From IMG/VR virus record IMGVR_UViG_3300001533_003144, positions 32,001 to 96,000 of that record: 64,000 nucleotides of DNA; one strand, given 5' to 3'. This DNA is from a virus. A program made the translations under genes and the position numbers. The notes beneath the pieces are model-generated. The model was not told where the DNA came from and did no database searches. It saw only the letters and a list, made by a program, of their open reading frames with translations. Positions 9,701 through 17,970 of the stretch are shown here, piece by piece (position 1 is the first letter of the stretch; each line of letters begins with the position of its first letter).

Positions 9701-11146
9701 CCTGATAAAGAGAGCGCTTCTTTTTATGGTGAAGTTACACAATATTTTATTAAGGCAGAAAAATCTTTGACAGAAGATTATTTTGGGGCTGAAGATAATG
9801 ATGTTCCTATGGATGCTGATTCGGCTTTTGAAGAGGGTTATGATTGCTATATTGCTGAAAATACTAATGATGGTTATAGTGACCTTGATCAGGTAGTTGT
9901 TCCGGACATTTCGCAGGTTGTTGATGCTTCCCCTATTACTTATGACGATTCGGGTGAAGTGGTTCCTCTGAGTCGGCGATTTAATTCTAACAGTAAAGAT
10001 GTTAGGGCTAAGGAAGTTACTTCTTCGGAGAATTATCATTTTAATCCTGATGATGTTTTACCTCTGTTGCCTGATTTTGTTCCGGAAGATACTCGGTTTG
10101 CTCCTGAGTTTGTTGAATTTAGTTTACCGGGAGATGCTGAGATTTATGGTTACAAGTTAATTCCTATTGAAAATCTTGTTCCTTCCGAGAAGCTTTCTGA
10201 AAAAGATCCTGATAAAGTTGCTTCTATTAAAGCTTCCATTGAGGAAGGAAAAGAAATGCCTCCTCTAATAGTTGAGTTTACTCCTGTACTGGATAAAGGT
10301 AAGCCTTATCAGTTTGCTATATTTGATGGACATCATAGGTATTTAGCTTATAAAGATTTAGGTGTAACAGCTATTCCTTGTGCGGTTATTGTTACCCGTG
10401 AGGATTATTCTTTTGAAACCAATATTGCTGTTGAAGAGCTTTTTCGTGTTGGGGATGCTTCTTTAGAGGGTGCAGAAGTAAGGGCTTCAAGTCAGGTAGA
10501 AATTACTCCTGAAAAGTTAAATAAAATAAACAGTCAGGAATGGTTTACTGGTAATAGAGGATCGGATCATCCCCTTTCAGATTTCCCTGTTTATCTCCCT
10601 TCCAGTTTAACGGTAGCCACTCTTTTTGCTGAAGCCGGTAAATATGTAATGGAAGTAGATGGTGAGGTCTTTATGAATATAGATGAACACGAAGCTCAGA
10701 TCCTTACCAATGCAATAGATCCTGTATTTGTTCCGGAAGATATTGTAGGATGGAAAAGTAATTTACTTGATCCCGAAATTGTTGGTGAGGAGGAAGCTCA
10801 GGCTGTTAAAAAGGCTTTAGAGTATTTTGGTCTGGTGGATGTAACTTCTTTCCGGTTATTGCTTAAAGATGAAAGTATTTCCGGGGTATTTGTTGCAAGG
10901 GTAAGTCTTAAAAATGTTAAGGTAGTAGATTATTATGGTCGAGTAAGGGGATCGGAAGATACTTTTTTAGGTGTAGATGCTCGACAGGCTAAAGACGAGG
11001 GTTGTGATGGTTTCTTAGGTAAAAATATTCGTGAAGGTGGTTTAGTTTTTGAGGAGGATTTTCCTATAGCGGATACTTTAGTGGTATTTGATGGATCTTC
11101 CATATCCTCTTTTGAGAAAAACCTTATTAAAGGTTATGGAGGTTAG
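6764..11146 (+). CDS. Large polyvalent multi-domain protein: HAD phosphatase-like, three ADP-ribosyltransferase-like modules, phosphoribosyltransferase, ParB/Srx-like
   Basis: HAD: LFDFDGT/ILTAR/LYDN. ART-like: FYHG...IFTNGL...VYMT...PDED. PRTase: LVPVPS...YLVDNVVATGAT. ART-PolyVal-like: VYRGG...FYFT...PITYDDSGEVVPLSRRFN. ParB-like: PPLIV...IFDGHHR. Terminal ART-like: WFTG...VYL...DGF...LVVFD. Confidence 0.75.
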   Translation: MGSGPSFLTKGFLTSLVKKITLFDFDGTIAFTGEEFEDNRLINPIENREITSKLKELIESGESVGILTARKNEGLIRKYLYHIGIFAEELEIFTVGDADSEAKGEFILENFTDYDIVVLYDNRSDYLTSAAEILKDSGIGFAPVLVADNREYKTQGSDQPNKAYQRIIDAYIQDVQGVSVEDISSLWYLDPEEGDLWVQIKERFFSLVSSKEREFIEWVSRLPENLKYAVYAVDMEFDGVLEDFIDHYGVSELYELENLVDVDFFQKCLDRRMESYRLFPYFMSHGWLFKDGTSLDASGDDHRLIPMELWFPENIITLHLSGSDLSARLNTTMNQGQVRALNRIIKELGVSTFTYDVYQGNDQVSSGVVDLISERIDWAAILNPVKVSGSETLGLKKATDLVKVLAKTIPVPDEYLNQIFYHGGYYEDSVIQDIFTNGLKGRDVQGRAMLAPLKNFVYMTKDFNYALIYAVGGSILGSGSPMSDSKDKPWGLVFEIPGSSLSNIQPDEDAIGELIWRAYSENNASLEWLKYYAETYLTSNQLKKIKEGEYMYYAQGGKRLTRYLPHSVLERLLQVSFAFSNEGRVAVSGAYVVDRRHPEVLGGDFDSIKQYMVHISGFSEMPQAIVQLEEQAKILEAEKVQAKKVTSSESGSIPSTVSGKDASSQDILDFFCVTSSGIYGLILVAPATVVDWVEGVKDLPFEEGVTWLFKNYPDPELTLEVCNYLRKLYTKIAGINIRSINAVWEESICPRLVKDAGKKFLGSQDNIWDEDGNLIKASSSLSVVTVGDYSGDLRELAHLVKAGDPEGIYLAGELMSEIVSDGSILVPVPSREGYATTTLNLCESIVKHNPSCQVYDVLKGASRESLYELKKQGKTLTEDELGLTLYGDLPEGSPVYLVDNVVATGATGLAAHKVIPNSILVAIADDSGVAKAGTHYTNLFRNVASGEDFNAFLKGFIGPVYRGGSNKDLSQDQSPFYFTPDKESASFYGEVTQYFIKAEKSLTEDYFGAEDNDVPMDADSAFEEGYDCYIAENTNDGYSDLDQVVVPDISQVVDASPITYDDSGEVVPLSRRFNSNSKDVRAKEVTSSENYHFNPDDVLPLLPDFVPEDTRFAPEFVEFSLPGDAEIYGYKLIPIENLVPSEKLSEKDPDKVASIKASIEEGKEMPPLIVEFTPVLDKGKPYQFAIFDGHHRYLAYKDLGVTAIPCAVIVTREDYSFETNIAVEELFRVGDASLEGAEVRASSQVEITPEKLNKINSQEWFTGNRGSDHPLSDFPVYLPSSLTVATLFAEAGKYVMEVDGEVFMNIDEHEAQILTNAIDPVFVPEDIVGWKSNLLDPEIVGEEEAQAVKKALEYFGLVDVTSFRLLLKDESISGVFVARVSLKNVKVVDYYGRVRGSEDTFLGVDARQAKDEGCDGFLGKNIREGGLVFEEDFPIADTLVVFDGSSISSFEKNLIKGYGG

Positions 11147-11147
11147 T

Positions 11148-11555
11148 ATGTCTAAAGTAATTGGTTCTATTGTGGCGGTGTTGCTTGTTGTAATATCGTT
11201 CAGTTTGGTGTTAATGTCTGGAGGAGAGTCTGAACAGGTTATTCCGGGAAAGAACGGTTCGGAATATTCCGTATTGTTGGATCTTCCTACTGGAATTCTT
11301 GAGCTTATCGAAGAGTGTAAATTAAAGGAGGTTGACCAGACCTGTAATGTAGCTGTTACAGTTAAAGTTAAATTACTTAAAAAACCCTCTGGGCCTGGTA
11401 CTCTTCCTGAAAAAGAGACTGAGGTGGAAGAGATTGATGTGGAGGGAAAAAAAGAAACCCCTGATAAATCTGGGGAGGAAAAAGAAGTTCCGGATACGAA
11501 TACCGTTCTGGAAACTTCTGGAGATATAATAATCCCTTCTAAAGCAGGGGCTTAA
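11148..11555 (+). CDS. Membrane-anchored or secreted hypothetical protein
   Basis: N-terminal hydrophobic helix; ATG 11148 follows GGAGG. Confidence 0.55.
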   Translation: MSKVIGSIVAVLLVVISFSLVLMSGGESEQVIPGKNGSEYSVLLDLPTGILELIEECKLKEVDQTCNVAVTVKVKLLKKPSGPGTLPEKETEVEEIDVEGKKETPDKSGEEKEVPDTNTVLETSGDIIIPSKAGA

Positions 11556-11597
11556 AATATAGTCTTAGTTTTCTTGTTTCCTATAGAAGTTTTCTCT

Positions 11598-11608
11598 TTT
11601 ATATAATA
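11598..11608 (+). promoter_or_regulatory. Putative late promoter TTTATATAATA
   Basis: Intergenic motif copy upstream of the portal operon. Confidence 0.7.
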
Positions 11609-11644
11609 TAGTGTAGATTTTTTTCGTTTATTACGGAGGTCAAA

Positions 11645-12049
11645 ATGAGCGAAACAGGATATGCTCGTTATTGTGAGCAACAGCGTATAGCTAAAGGAGA
11701 TCCTTTGAGTGGGGCTTTTTTGAAGGTTAAGGCTGATCGTGAGGAGAAAGAAGGGTTATCAGAGTTTGATGGGCTGATAGATGTTGACCGGGTGGAGGAA
11801 CCTGTTTTTGTTAATGTTGAAGATGAAAAAATTATTGAAGAGATGTTGACTCCTATTACAGAGGATGGAGAACCCTTAGACTTTGAATCTTTTGAGGATC
11901 GTGAGGAGAAGAAATTTAACTACGATTCTGAGGAAGAAGAGACTTTTGAAGACCCCGAAAAACGGGTTAAGGAAGAGGTTGGTGATGCTAAGGTTCTTGT
12001 AGAGGATTTGGATGATTCCTTGTCTGAGATTGAAGGTATTCTTGATTAA
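11645..12049 (+). CDS. Highly acidic hypothetical protein
   Basis: GGAGGT RBS; D/E-rich. Confidence 0.65.
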   Translation: MSETGYARYCEQQRIAKGDPLSGAFLKVKADREEKEGLSEFDGLIDVDRVEEPVFVNVEDEKIIEEMLTPITEDGEPLDFESFEDREEKKFNYDSEEEETFEDPEKRVKEEVGDAKVLVEDLDDSLSEIEGILD

Positions 12050-12061
12050 GGGGGTGTTGTT

Positions 12062-12277
12062 ATGAAAGTGACGGCTTTAGTAAAGGCAGCTAATCTGTCT
12101 GAATTGTATCGTCCTGGAGATCCTGTTCAGCTTGAAGATGGTTCTCAGGGTATAATTACTGAAATAGATGAAGCCTCAGGTTTGATTGATATTGAAATGC
12201 CGGAAGATGCTGATGTTGAAAAAATGTCCGTTAATGTACCGCAAGATATTCAAACTCCTTTTAAACGGGTGGACTAA
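12062..12277 (+). CDS. Small SH3/KOW-like beta-barrel protein
   Basis: PGDPVQL...GIITEI pattern after an MKVTALVKAA leader. Confidence 0.5.
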   Translation: MKVTALVKAANLSELYRPGDPVQLEDGSQGIITEIDEASGLIDIEMPEDADVEKMSVNVPQDIQTPFKRVD

Positions 12278-12615
12278 TGATCGCAAATGCTGTTGTTAGT
12301 GAGATACTTGAAGGAATATCTTTTCCTTCTAGTTTCAGGTTAGTTAGTTCTACAAAATTACCTAACGAGATATTAAGTCGGTTTGAGGTGTTGGTTCAGA
12401 ATTCCGAGACTGTACAGGTGGTTAGGTTTGATGTTTGGGTATCTGAGTATGATGGTGTTGTTTTAGGTTACAGGATTAATGATTATTTAGGTAATGTTTT
12501 ATCTGTTTTAAATGATGATACTGTTCAGCCTTATTTTTATGTTCAGGATCACCGGCAGTATATGGCGGATCTGGGTAGAGTAGCTGTTCGGTTTGGGAGG
12601 TCAAGGTGGCTTTAA
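12277..12615 (+). CDS. Hypothetical protein
   Basis: TAATG-coupled ORF, 112 aa. Confidence 0.55.
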   Translation: MIANAVVSEILEGISFPSSFRLVSSTKLPNEILSRFEVLVQNSETVQVVRFDVWVSEYDGVVLGYRINDYLGNVLSVLNDDTVQPYFYVQDHRQYMADLGRVAVRFGRSRWL

Positions 12616-15245
12616 GATATAAAAAAAGAAGGGGTGTTTCTAAACCTTCTGCAAGGGCTGTTGGTGTAGCAGCCTCCGGGGGCTTTAGTTCTACTTCTTC
12701 TTATTCTATGACTACAGGTACTCCTGATATAAGGGATCCCTTATTTTCTCCGGAAGGTTTTTATATCACTAATCAGGATATTAAGACTTATAATAGGTGG
12801 ATACGGTATTATGATGCTTTTCACCCTATTTTACCTAACTCTTTGGACATACACTCACTGTTCCCTATCAGTGATTTTAGTTTTAAAGGCATTGAAGATC
12901 CTTTTGTATCTAAATTTTATACTTTTGTTAAGGATGATGTTCTCAGTCTCCTCGACTGGGTTATACTTGTCTCTACGGAGTATGAGCGGTTAGGTGAGGC
13001 TTTTTCTTTTTTTCAGTGGGATACCTATAACGGGTACTTTAATACGGCTACTATACTTAATCCTGATCTGCTTGAGATTTATCCGTTTGAATGGGACGGT
13101 TCAAAAAGGTTTGTGGTGTCTATGGATATTCCCGAAACCTTTCAAGTTCTTTATGATAAGAAAGGTGTTGATTCTCGTTATAGGGGTATGTGGTTATCTC
13201 TCGACCCTGTTATTAGAAGATGTGTGGAGTCGGGTTTGCCTATACCTCTTAATCCTGACAATGTTTTTGGTATGCAGAGGTTACAACATGCTTACGATGT
13301 CCGGGGGACTAGTCAGGTGTTGCGTGTCCTGAAAGACCTGATGTACGAAGATAAGCTCAGGGAAGCTCAGATGGCTGTAGCCGATGGTCATATTACTCCT
13401 TATCAGTTATGGAAAATAGGTAACTCACAGCAAGGGTATGTCCCTACGGAAGGGGAACTTGCTGAGTGGGATAAAATGTTAGCAAATGCCGAACACCAAA
13501 ACCTGTTTAGAATAGTAACACACTCGGATGTTGCTTATGAGACTAAAGGGGTTTCGGAGGGGCTTTTAAATATAACCGGTGAAATGGAAAAGATAGAAGA
13601 TCGTATTTTAACTGCTCTATATACCAGTCGAAGTATGACTACGGGTGAGGGTCCTTGTGTTAGTGCGGACACTGAAGTTTTAACGGCTTCTGGGTTCAAG
13701 CCTTTTCCGGAAGTTACTGTAAAAGATTTGGTTGCCTCTGTAAATCCTTCTACACACGAGATAGAGTATTGCTATCCGAAAGAAGTTCTGTGCTTTGATG
13801 TAGAAGGTCCTATGTTTCTCTTTAAGAATAATGCTTTGGACCATAAAGTGACCCCTAATCACCGGTGTTTTGTTAAAACTTCACCTAAAAAGCCTTTTGA
13901 GATATTGAGGGCTGAGTTGATTAAAGGGCATCATAGGTTTATGACTGGGATAACCCCTTTTAAAGGTCAGGATGTTTCCGAGATAAAGATTGGTAATAGG
14001 GCTTATCCTATCGAGGATTATCTTAAATTAGTTGGGTTATATTTATCAGAAGGTAATATTGATTATTCTAAGTCAAAAAATTGTGCTGGTGTTTGTATTA
14101 CTCAGACAAAACAGCATAAGAAAGGATTAAACCCTAGGTTTTTAGAGATATCTGAGGCTCTTTTAAAGTTCAGTCCTCATTTTTATTTTTCAGAGTTAAA
14201 ATCTCCTCAAGGGAGTAAAGGTAGGTTTCGTTTATATGATCCAGAGCTTGCTAAACATATCGTTAAAAATTATGGATGTGGTTCCCTTAATAAGAAAATA
14301 CCTCTTTGGGTAAAAGCTCTTTCTTCTCCTTTGCTTGAGAATCTTTTAGAGGGCTGTTTCCTTGGTGATGGTTCTTTCACAAATAAAACCCGTTCTTCAG
14401 GGGGCTACGAGATATATACGATTTCTAAGGCTTTAGCCGATTCTCTTCAGGAGGTTGCTTTAAAGTGCGGGAAGGTTTCGATTATCAAGTTGAGGAAAAG
14501 ACCTTTACCTAGGAAAGACTTATATCGTGTCCGTATATACTGCCCTGGAGATGTCCGTAAAGAGGTTTTCAAATACCCTTCTTTAGGTAGAACTTCTGCT
14601 ATAAAGACTGAACTTTATAAAGGTAAGGTGTATTCTTTGGATTTACCTCCTAACAGGCTATATGTGTCCCGTAGAAAAGGGAAAATAACGGTTACAGGGA
14701 ATACTTACAGTAATGCTGTAATAGGTTTAAAGGTTCTTGAGGGTAGGTATCAGAATAAGTTGTATCGTATCTCTTCAACTATCCGGAGCCTTTTTAAGAA
14801 GATTGCTTATGCCAACGATTTTTATGAGACTACTCAGGCCGAGCTTTCACACGGTGTCCGGAGATCTAAAAAAGATAGGAAACTGTTGGTCCCTATGGTT
14901 CATTGGGATAATTATTTCAGCTTTTCAAAAGATATTGAAAGGGCAAAGTTTTACCAAACCTTAGCTCAGGCACATAAAATAAGCTGGAGAAGGGTATTGG
15001 AGATATTGGGTCTTGATTTTGATGAGGAACGCAAAATCCTTGCTGAGGATATGAAAACTATTATGGATACCGATGTGTATAAACAGAAAATAACTGATTT
15101 TACGGGTAAAGAAGATCCTTATGCAGGGGGTTCCCCTACGGATCTTTCTTCTCCTCCTAGTCCGGGAGAGGTGGCTATGGAAGATGTAGGGGCGGAAGTT
15201 ATGGAGGATGTTGGTGCCCCCCCTTTACCTGATATAGATGTCTAA
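12606..15245 (+). CDS. Portal protein containing an intein
   Basis: Lies before protease/scaffold/capsid; portal-like motifs (EYERLGEAF, ILNPD, RGTSQVLRVLKDLMYEDKLREAQ); exteins rejoin as GEGP|TYSNA. Confidence 0.85.
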   Translation: MALRYKKRRGVSKPSARAVGVAASGGFSSTSSYSMTTGTPDIRDPLFSPEGFYITNQDIKTYNRWIRYYDAFHPILPNSLDIHSLFPISDFSFKGIEDPFVSKFYTFVKDDVLSLLDWVILVSTEYERLGEAFSFFQWDTYNGYFNTATILNPDLLEIYPFEWDGSKRFVVSMDIPETFQVLYDKKGVDSRYRGMWLSLDPVIRRCVESGLPIPLNPDNVFGMQRLQHAYDVRGTSQVLRVLKDLMYEDKLREAQMAVADGHITPYQLWKIGNSQQGYVPTEGELAEWDKMLANAEHQNLFRIVTHSDVAYETKGVSEGLLNITGEMEKIEDRILTALYTSRSMTTGEGPCVSADTEVLTASGFKPFPEVTVKDLVASVNPSTHEIEYCYPKEVLCFDVEGPMFLFKNNALDHKVTPNHRCFVKTSPKKPFEILRAELIKGHHRFMTGITPFKGQDVSEIKIGNRAYPIEDYLKLVGLYLSEGNIDYSKSKNCAGVCITQTKQHKKGLNPRFLEISEALLKFSPHFYFSELKSPQGSKGRFRLYDPELAKHIVKNYGCGSLNKKIPLWVKALSSPLLENLLEGCFLGDGSFTNKTRSSGGYEIYTISKALADSLQEVALKCGKVSIIKLRKRPLPRKDLYRVRIYCPGDVRKEVFKYPSLGRTSAIKTELYKGKVYSLDLPPNRLYVSRRKGKITVTGNTYSNAVIGLKVLEGRYQNKLYRISSTIRSLFKKIAYANDFYETTQAELSHGVRRSKKDRKLLVPMVHWDNYFSFSKDIERAKFYQTLAQAHKISWRRVLEILGLDFDEERKILAEDMKTIMDTDVYKQKITDFTGKEDPYAGGSPTDLSSPPSPGEVAMEDVGAEVMEDVGAPPLPDIDV
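13656..14702 (+). mobile_element. Intein (349 aa) with LAGLIDADG homing endonuclease
   Basis: Block A CVSADTEVLT, block B VTPNH, LAGLIDADG-like LVGLYLSEG and LLEGCFLGDG, block F YKGKVYSL, block G ITVTGN followed by +1 Thr. Confidence 0.92.
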
Positions 15246-15256
15246 GGAGGGGTTAA

Positions 15257-15409
15257 ATGGCTTTTAAAATGAAAGGAAAAGGTAAACCTGTTTCTTTAAT
15301 TCGGGGAGAAAAAAAGGTAGATGCTTCTACCGGCAAAACAAAAAAGGTGTTAGTTGAACGACCTATCCCTGAAAAAAAAGAAGAAAAAGAGGATAAATCG
15401 GGAGAATAG
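15257..15409 (+). CDS. Small Lys/Glu-rich protein (50 aa, not in the ORF track)
   Basis: AAGGAGG RBS then MAFKMKGKGKPVSLIRGEKKVDASTGK...; fills the gap between the portal and 15412. Confidence 0.65.
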   Translation: MAFKMKGKGKPVSLIRGEKKVDASTGKTKKVLVERPIPEKKEEKEDKSGE

Positions 15410-15411
15410 TT

Positions 15412-15741
15412 ATGTCACTGTACCTAAACAAGGCGATGTTTAAGTCGCAGATAGATAAGTCCTTTTATTATGGTCTAGGTTTTTTCGGGGGTCTGGGTTT
15501 AGATTTTATGACGGCAACTTCTTCAAAATCTCAAGAATCTAATCCTCCTTATGATGATATAGCTAAAGTTTTTGAGGAGGTTTTAAATAATTCTTCCGGA
15601 TTGAGCTTTAGTGCAAAAAAGGAGATAAAAGACAAGTTATCTCCTTTAGGTGTTGAGCTTACGGACGAGGGGGTTGAGTTTTTGTATAACTCCTATTTAG
15701 ATTGTCTTGAGCCTGATTTATATAATAGTTTTGTAGAGTAG
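15412..15741 (+). CDS. Hypothetical protein
   Basis: GGAG RBS, 109 aa. Confidence 0.55.
   Translation: MSLYLNKAMFKSQIDKSFYYGLGFFGGLGLDFMTATSSKSQESNPPYDDIAKVFEEVLNNSSGLSFSAKKEIKDKLSPLGVELTDEGVEFLYNSYLDCLEPDLYNSFVE
15717..15727 (+). promoter_or_regulatory. Putative late promoter TTTATATAATA
   Basis: Motif copy within the end of the preceding gene, just upstream of the protease gene RBS. Confidence 0.6.
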
Positions 15742-15748
15742 GAGGGTT

Positions 15749-16528
15749 TTGGCTATGCCTTTTTTTGTTAGAGCAAAAAGTTCTAAATTACAGATTATAA
15801 CTAAAAAGACTGTTGCCTGTAATGATGTTGAGGTTCCTCTTGATCTTGAAAATCATTTTTATATCCGTAACTGGGCTGTCTCAAGTTATGAACGCTGGGG
15901 ACTAAACACTAATGCTGATGGGTTCAGGCACAGACATCTCAGTAATGATTTCAAGTCTTTTGATGGTGCTTGGGTATGTCTTGATCATGTTGCAGAGTCC
16001 TCTGAAGATAGTGTTGGGTCTGTTTTACATCCAGTATATACTAATGAGCAGTATGTAGAAAATATTCTTGCGGTGAACCGTACCTTAGTAGAGAAAAAGG
16101 GGTATCCTTTTCTTGAGAAGGACATACTTGAAGGTAGGATTACTGACACAAGTATGGGTGCTGTTTCAAGGGCTACAGAGTGTACAATCTGTCGTAATGT
16201 AGCTAGAAATGAGAAAGAATATTGTGAGCATCTCCGGAAAGATGCTTTAGGTAATTCAATGAAAGGTAGGACTGTCGTTGTTGCCGGTAAGCCTCGTGTG
16301 GTTGGTGAGTTGTATGTAGATTCCATTTTTCTTGAGGACTCCATTTTGACAGAAGATGCCGGGGCTGATATTAACGCTAAAATTTTTAATATAGCTGCAA
16401 GCCGAAATAAAGGTGTGGCTTGTGGTGATGCTTTATATTTTGCTATTAAGGCGGCAATTAAGGAACACGGTAGGACTCGTTATTTGAGCAGATTGCTGGA
16501 CAGTTTTGAGCAGAAGATAGATGTTTAG
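15749..16528 (+). CDS. Prohead (capsid maturation) protease with zinc ribbon
   Basis: NTNADGF, LDH, DTSMG (catalytic Ser), CTIC...YCEH; located between portal and scaffold. Confidence 0.75.
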   Translation: MAMPFFVRAKSSKLQIITKKTVACNDVEVPLDLENHFYIRNWAVSSYERWGLNTNADGFRHRHLSNDFKSFDGAWVCLDHVAESSEDSVGSVLHPVYTNEQYVENILAVNRTLVEKKGYPFLEKDILEGRITDTSMGAVSRATECTICRNVARNEKEYCEHLRKDALGNSMKGRTVVVAGKPRVVGELYVDSIFLEDSILTEDAGADINAKIFNIAASRNKGVACGDALYFAIKAAIKEHGRTRYLSRLLDSFEQKIDV

Positions 16529-16543
16529 TTTAGGAGGAACATT

Positions 16544-17896
16544 ATGAGTGTTTTAGACAAAAAAAGAAAAGCCATTGCTCGTAGGAGTAGAAAGGTTTCG
16601 GCTGCAAATTCTGGACTTAAAAAGAAGGTTTCTGATCTTTATAAAAAGACTCAGGCAGCAAAAAAGGGTACTGATGAAGATTTAAAAAAAAGAAGGGAAG
16701 CTTTTAAGCGGAGAATTCTTGCAAAGAGGGAAGAAAAGGAGGCTTTAGATAAAAATAAAGGTCCTAAAGATCCCAAAGATCTCAAAGATCCTAAAGATAC
16801 TAAAGACTCTAAAACGGTTAAGAAGGGTGAAGAGAGGCGCAAGGCAAGAATTGAAGCTTTTCGTAAGAGGAGAGAAGAAAAAAAGGCAGAAGAAAAGAAG
16901 AAGGGCGTTGTAGCTAAGTCTGATGCTGTTTTGGCTCGGATTCGTGCAAAGGTTAAGGCTCATATAAAGACAAAAGGGGCTGATGTGGATGAGAACGGTA
17001 CTCCTATTGTCGGGGATGGTCCTAAAGTGCAGGAAGAGCTTGCTCCTCCTGTTAAAAAAGGGGGTCCCGAAACGGAAGCAAAGCCTGAACCAGTTGTTCC
17101 TGATGAAGAGAAAAAACCTGCTGATTCTTCCCCTCCGGCTAAGACCGAAGAAGAAGAGATGGCAAGCGTTATTGTACAGGTTAACGACAAGTTGGAAGAG
17201 ATATACAAAAGAGAAGAGGTTGATAAAATTCTTAAAGGTGAGTTGGAAGATATAAAAGAGTCACTGACTTCTGTATCCGCTAAATTTAAGGGTATTACAG
17301 CTTCTGGAAAAGAAAGGGGTCTTACTAAAGACGAGCTTACGGCTATCGTAGGGTTTTTAGCTAAGGTCGAAGCCGCTTATGAAAAAAGGATGGTGGGGTT
17401 TGAGACTACTGCTAAAGTGAAAGATATTGATTCTTTTGGTGCTGTGATCAGTAAGGTCAGGGTGGCTGTTGATGTTTCTAATGAACGGGCACACGAGGTT
17501 TTAAAGGCTTATAATGAGAAGAAGGTTACTGCTCGTGAGCTTAAAGATAGTGTCCGGGAAGTTAAAGCTGCTGTTGAGAAATGGGGGGTTGTTGAGTCTG
17601 TTGTTAATCTTTTCAAAAAAGAGGCTTCCGTTTCTTCTTCCGAAGCTCAAAACACTCTCAAAGTAGTGGCTTTTGTGCAAGAGATGGTCGAGCAGGAAAA
17701 GATTCCTGCAAGAGAAATAACCGCACAGGTGAAGGAGTATTTGAATCTTTCTCCTGTAGAGTTTCGGACTGTGGCGGCTACAATGAAAAGGGTGAAAGGT
17801 TCCGCAGTGTCTCCTGATACTGAGTACCCCGAAAGAATGCACTCTACTCAGGCTGGGGGAGATCCTTTGTCTCTTGAGGACTGTTTTAATGATTGA
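16544..17896 (+). CDS. Capsid scaffolding protein
   Basis: K/E-rich coiled-coil with low-complexity KDPKDLKDPKDTKDSK; located between protease and capsid genes; dense in [VI]-x-A motifs. Confidence 0.7.
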   Translation: MSVLDKKRKAIARRSRKVSAANSGLKKKVSDLYKKTQAAKKGTDEDLKKRREAFKRRILAKREEKEALDKNKGPKDPKDLKDPKDTKDSKTVKKGEERRKARIEAFRKRREEKKAEEKKKGVVAKSDAVLARIRAKVKAHIKTKGADVDENGTPIVGDGPKVQEELAPPVKKGGPETEAKPEPVVPDEEKKPADSSPPAKTEEEEMASVIVQVNDKLEEIYKREEVDKILKGELEDIKESLTSVSAKFKGITASGKERGLTKDELTAIVGFLAKVEAAYEKRMVGFETTAKVKDIDSFGAVISKVRVAVDVSNERAHEVLKAYNEKKVTARELKDSVREVKAAVEKWGVVESVVNLFKKEASVSSSEAQNTLKVVAFVQEMVEQEKIPAREITAQVKEYLNLSPVEFRTVAATMKRVKGSAVSPDTEYPERMHSTQAGGDPLSLEDCFND

Positions 17897-17920
17897 GGTG
17901 AACAATGTTGTTGTATGATG

Positions 17921-17931
17921 TTTATATAATA
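17921..17931 (+). promoter_or_regulatory. Putative late promoter TTTATATAATA
   Basis: Motif copy upstream of the decoration and capsid genes. Confidence 0.72.
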
Positions 17932-17970
17932 TATGTGTTTTGATAACGCTCTAATGTGGAGGAAACTATT

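Noticed and set aside
15166-15220. Short duplication EVAMEDVGA/EVMEDVGA at the portal C-terminus, and KDPKDLKDPKD in the scaffold
   Set aside because: Low-complexity slippage in disordered tails, with no evidence of a separate function.
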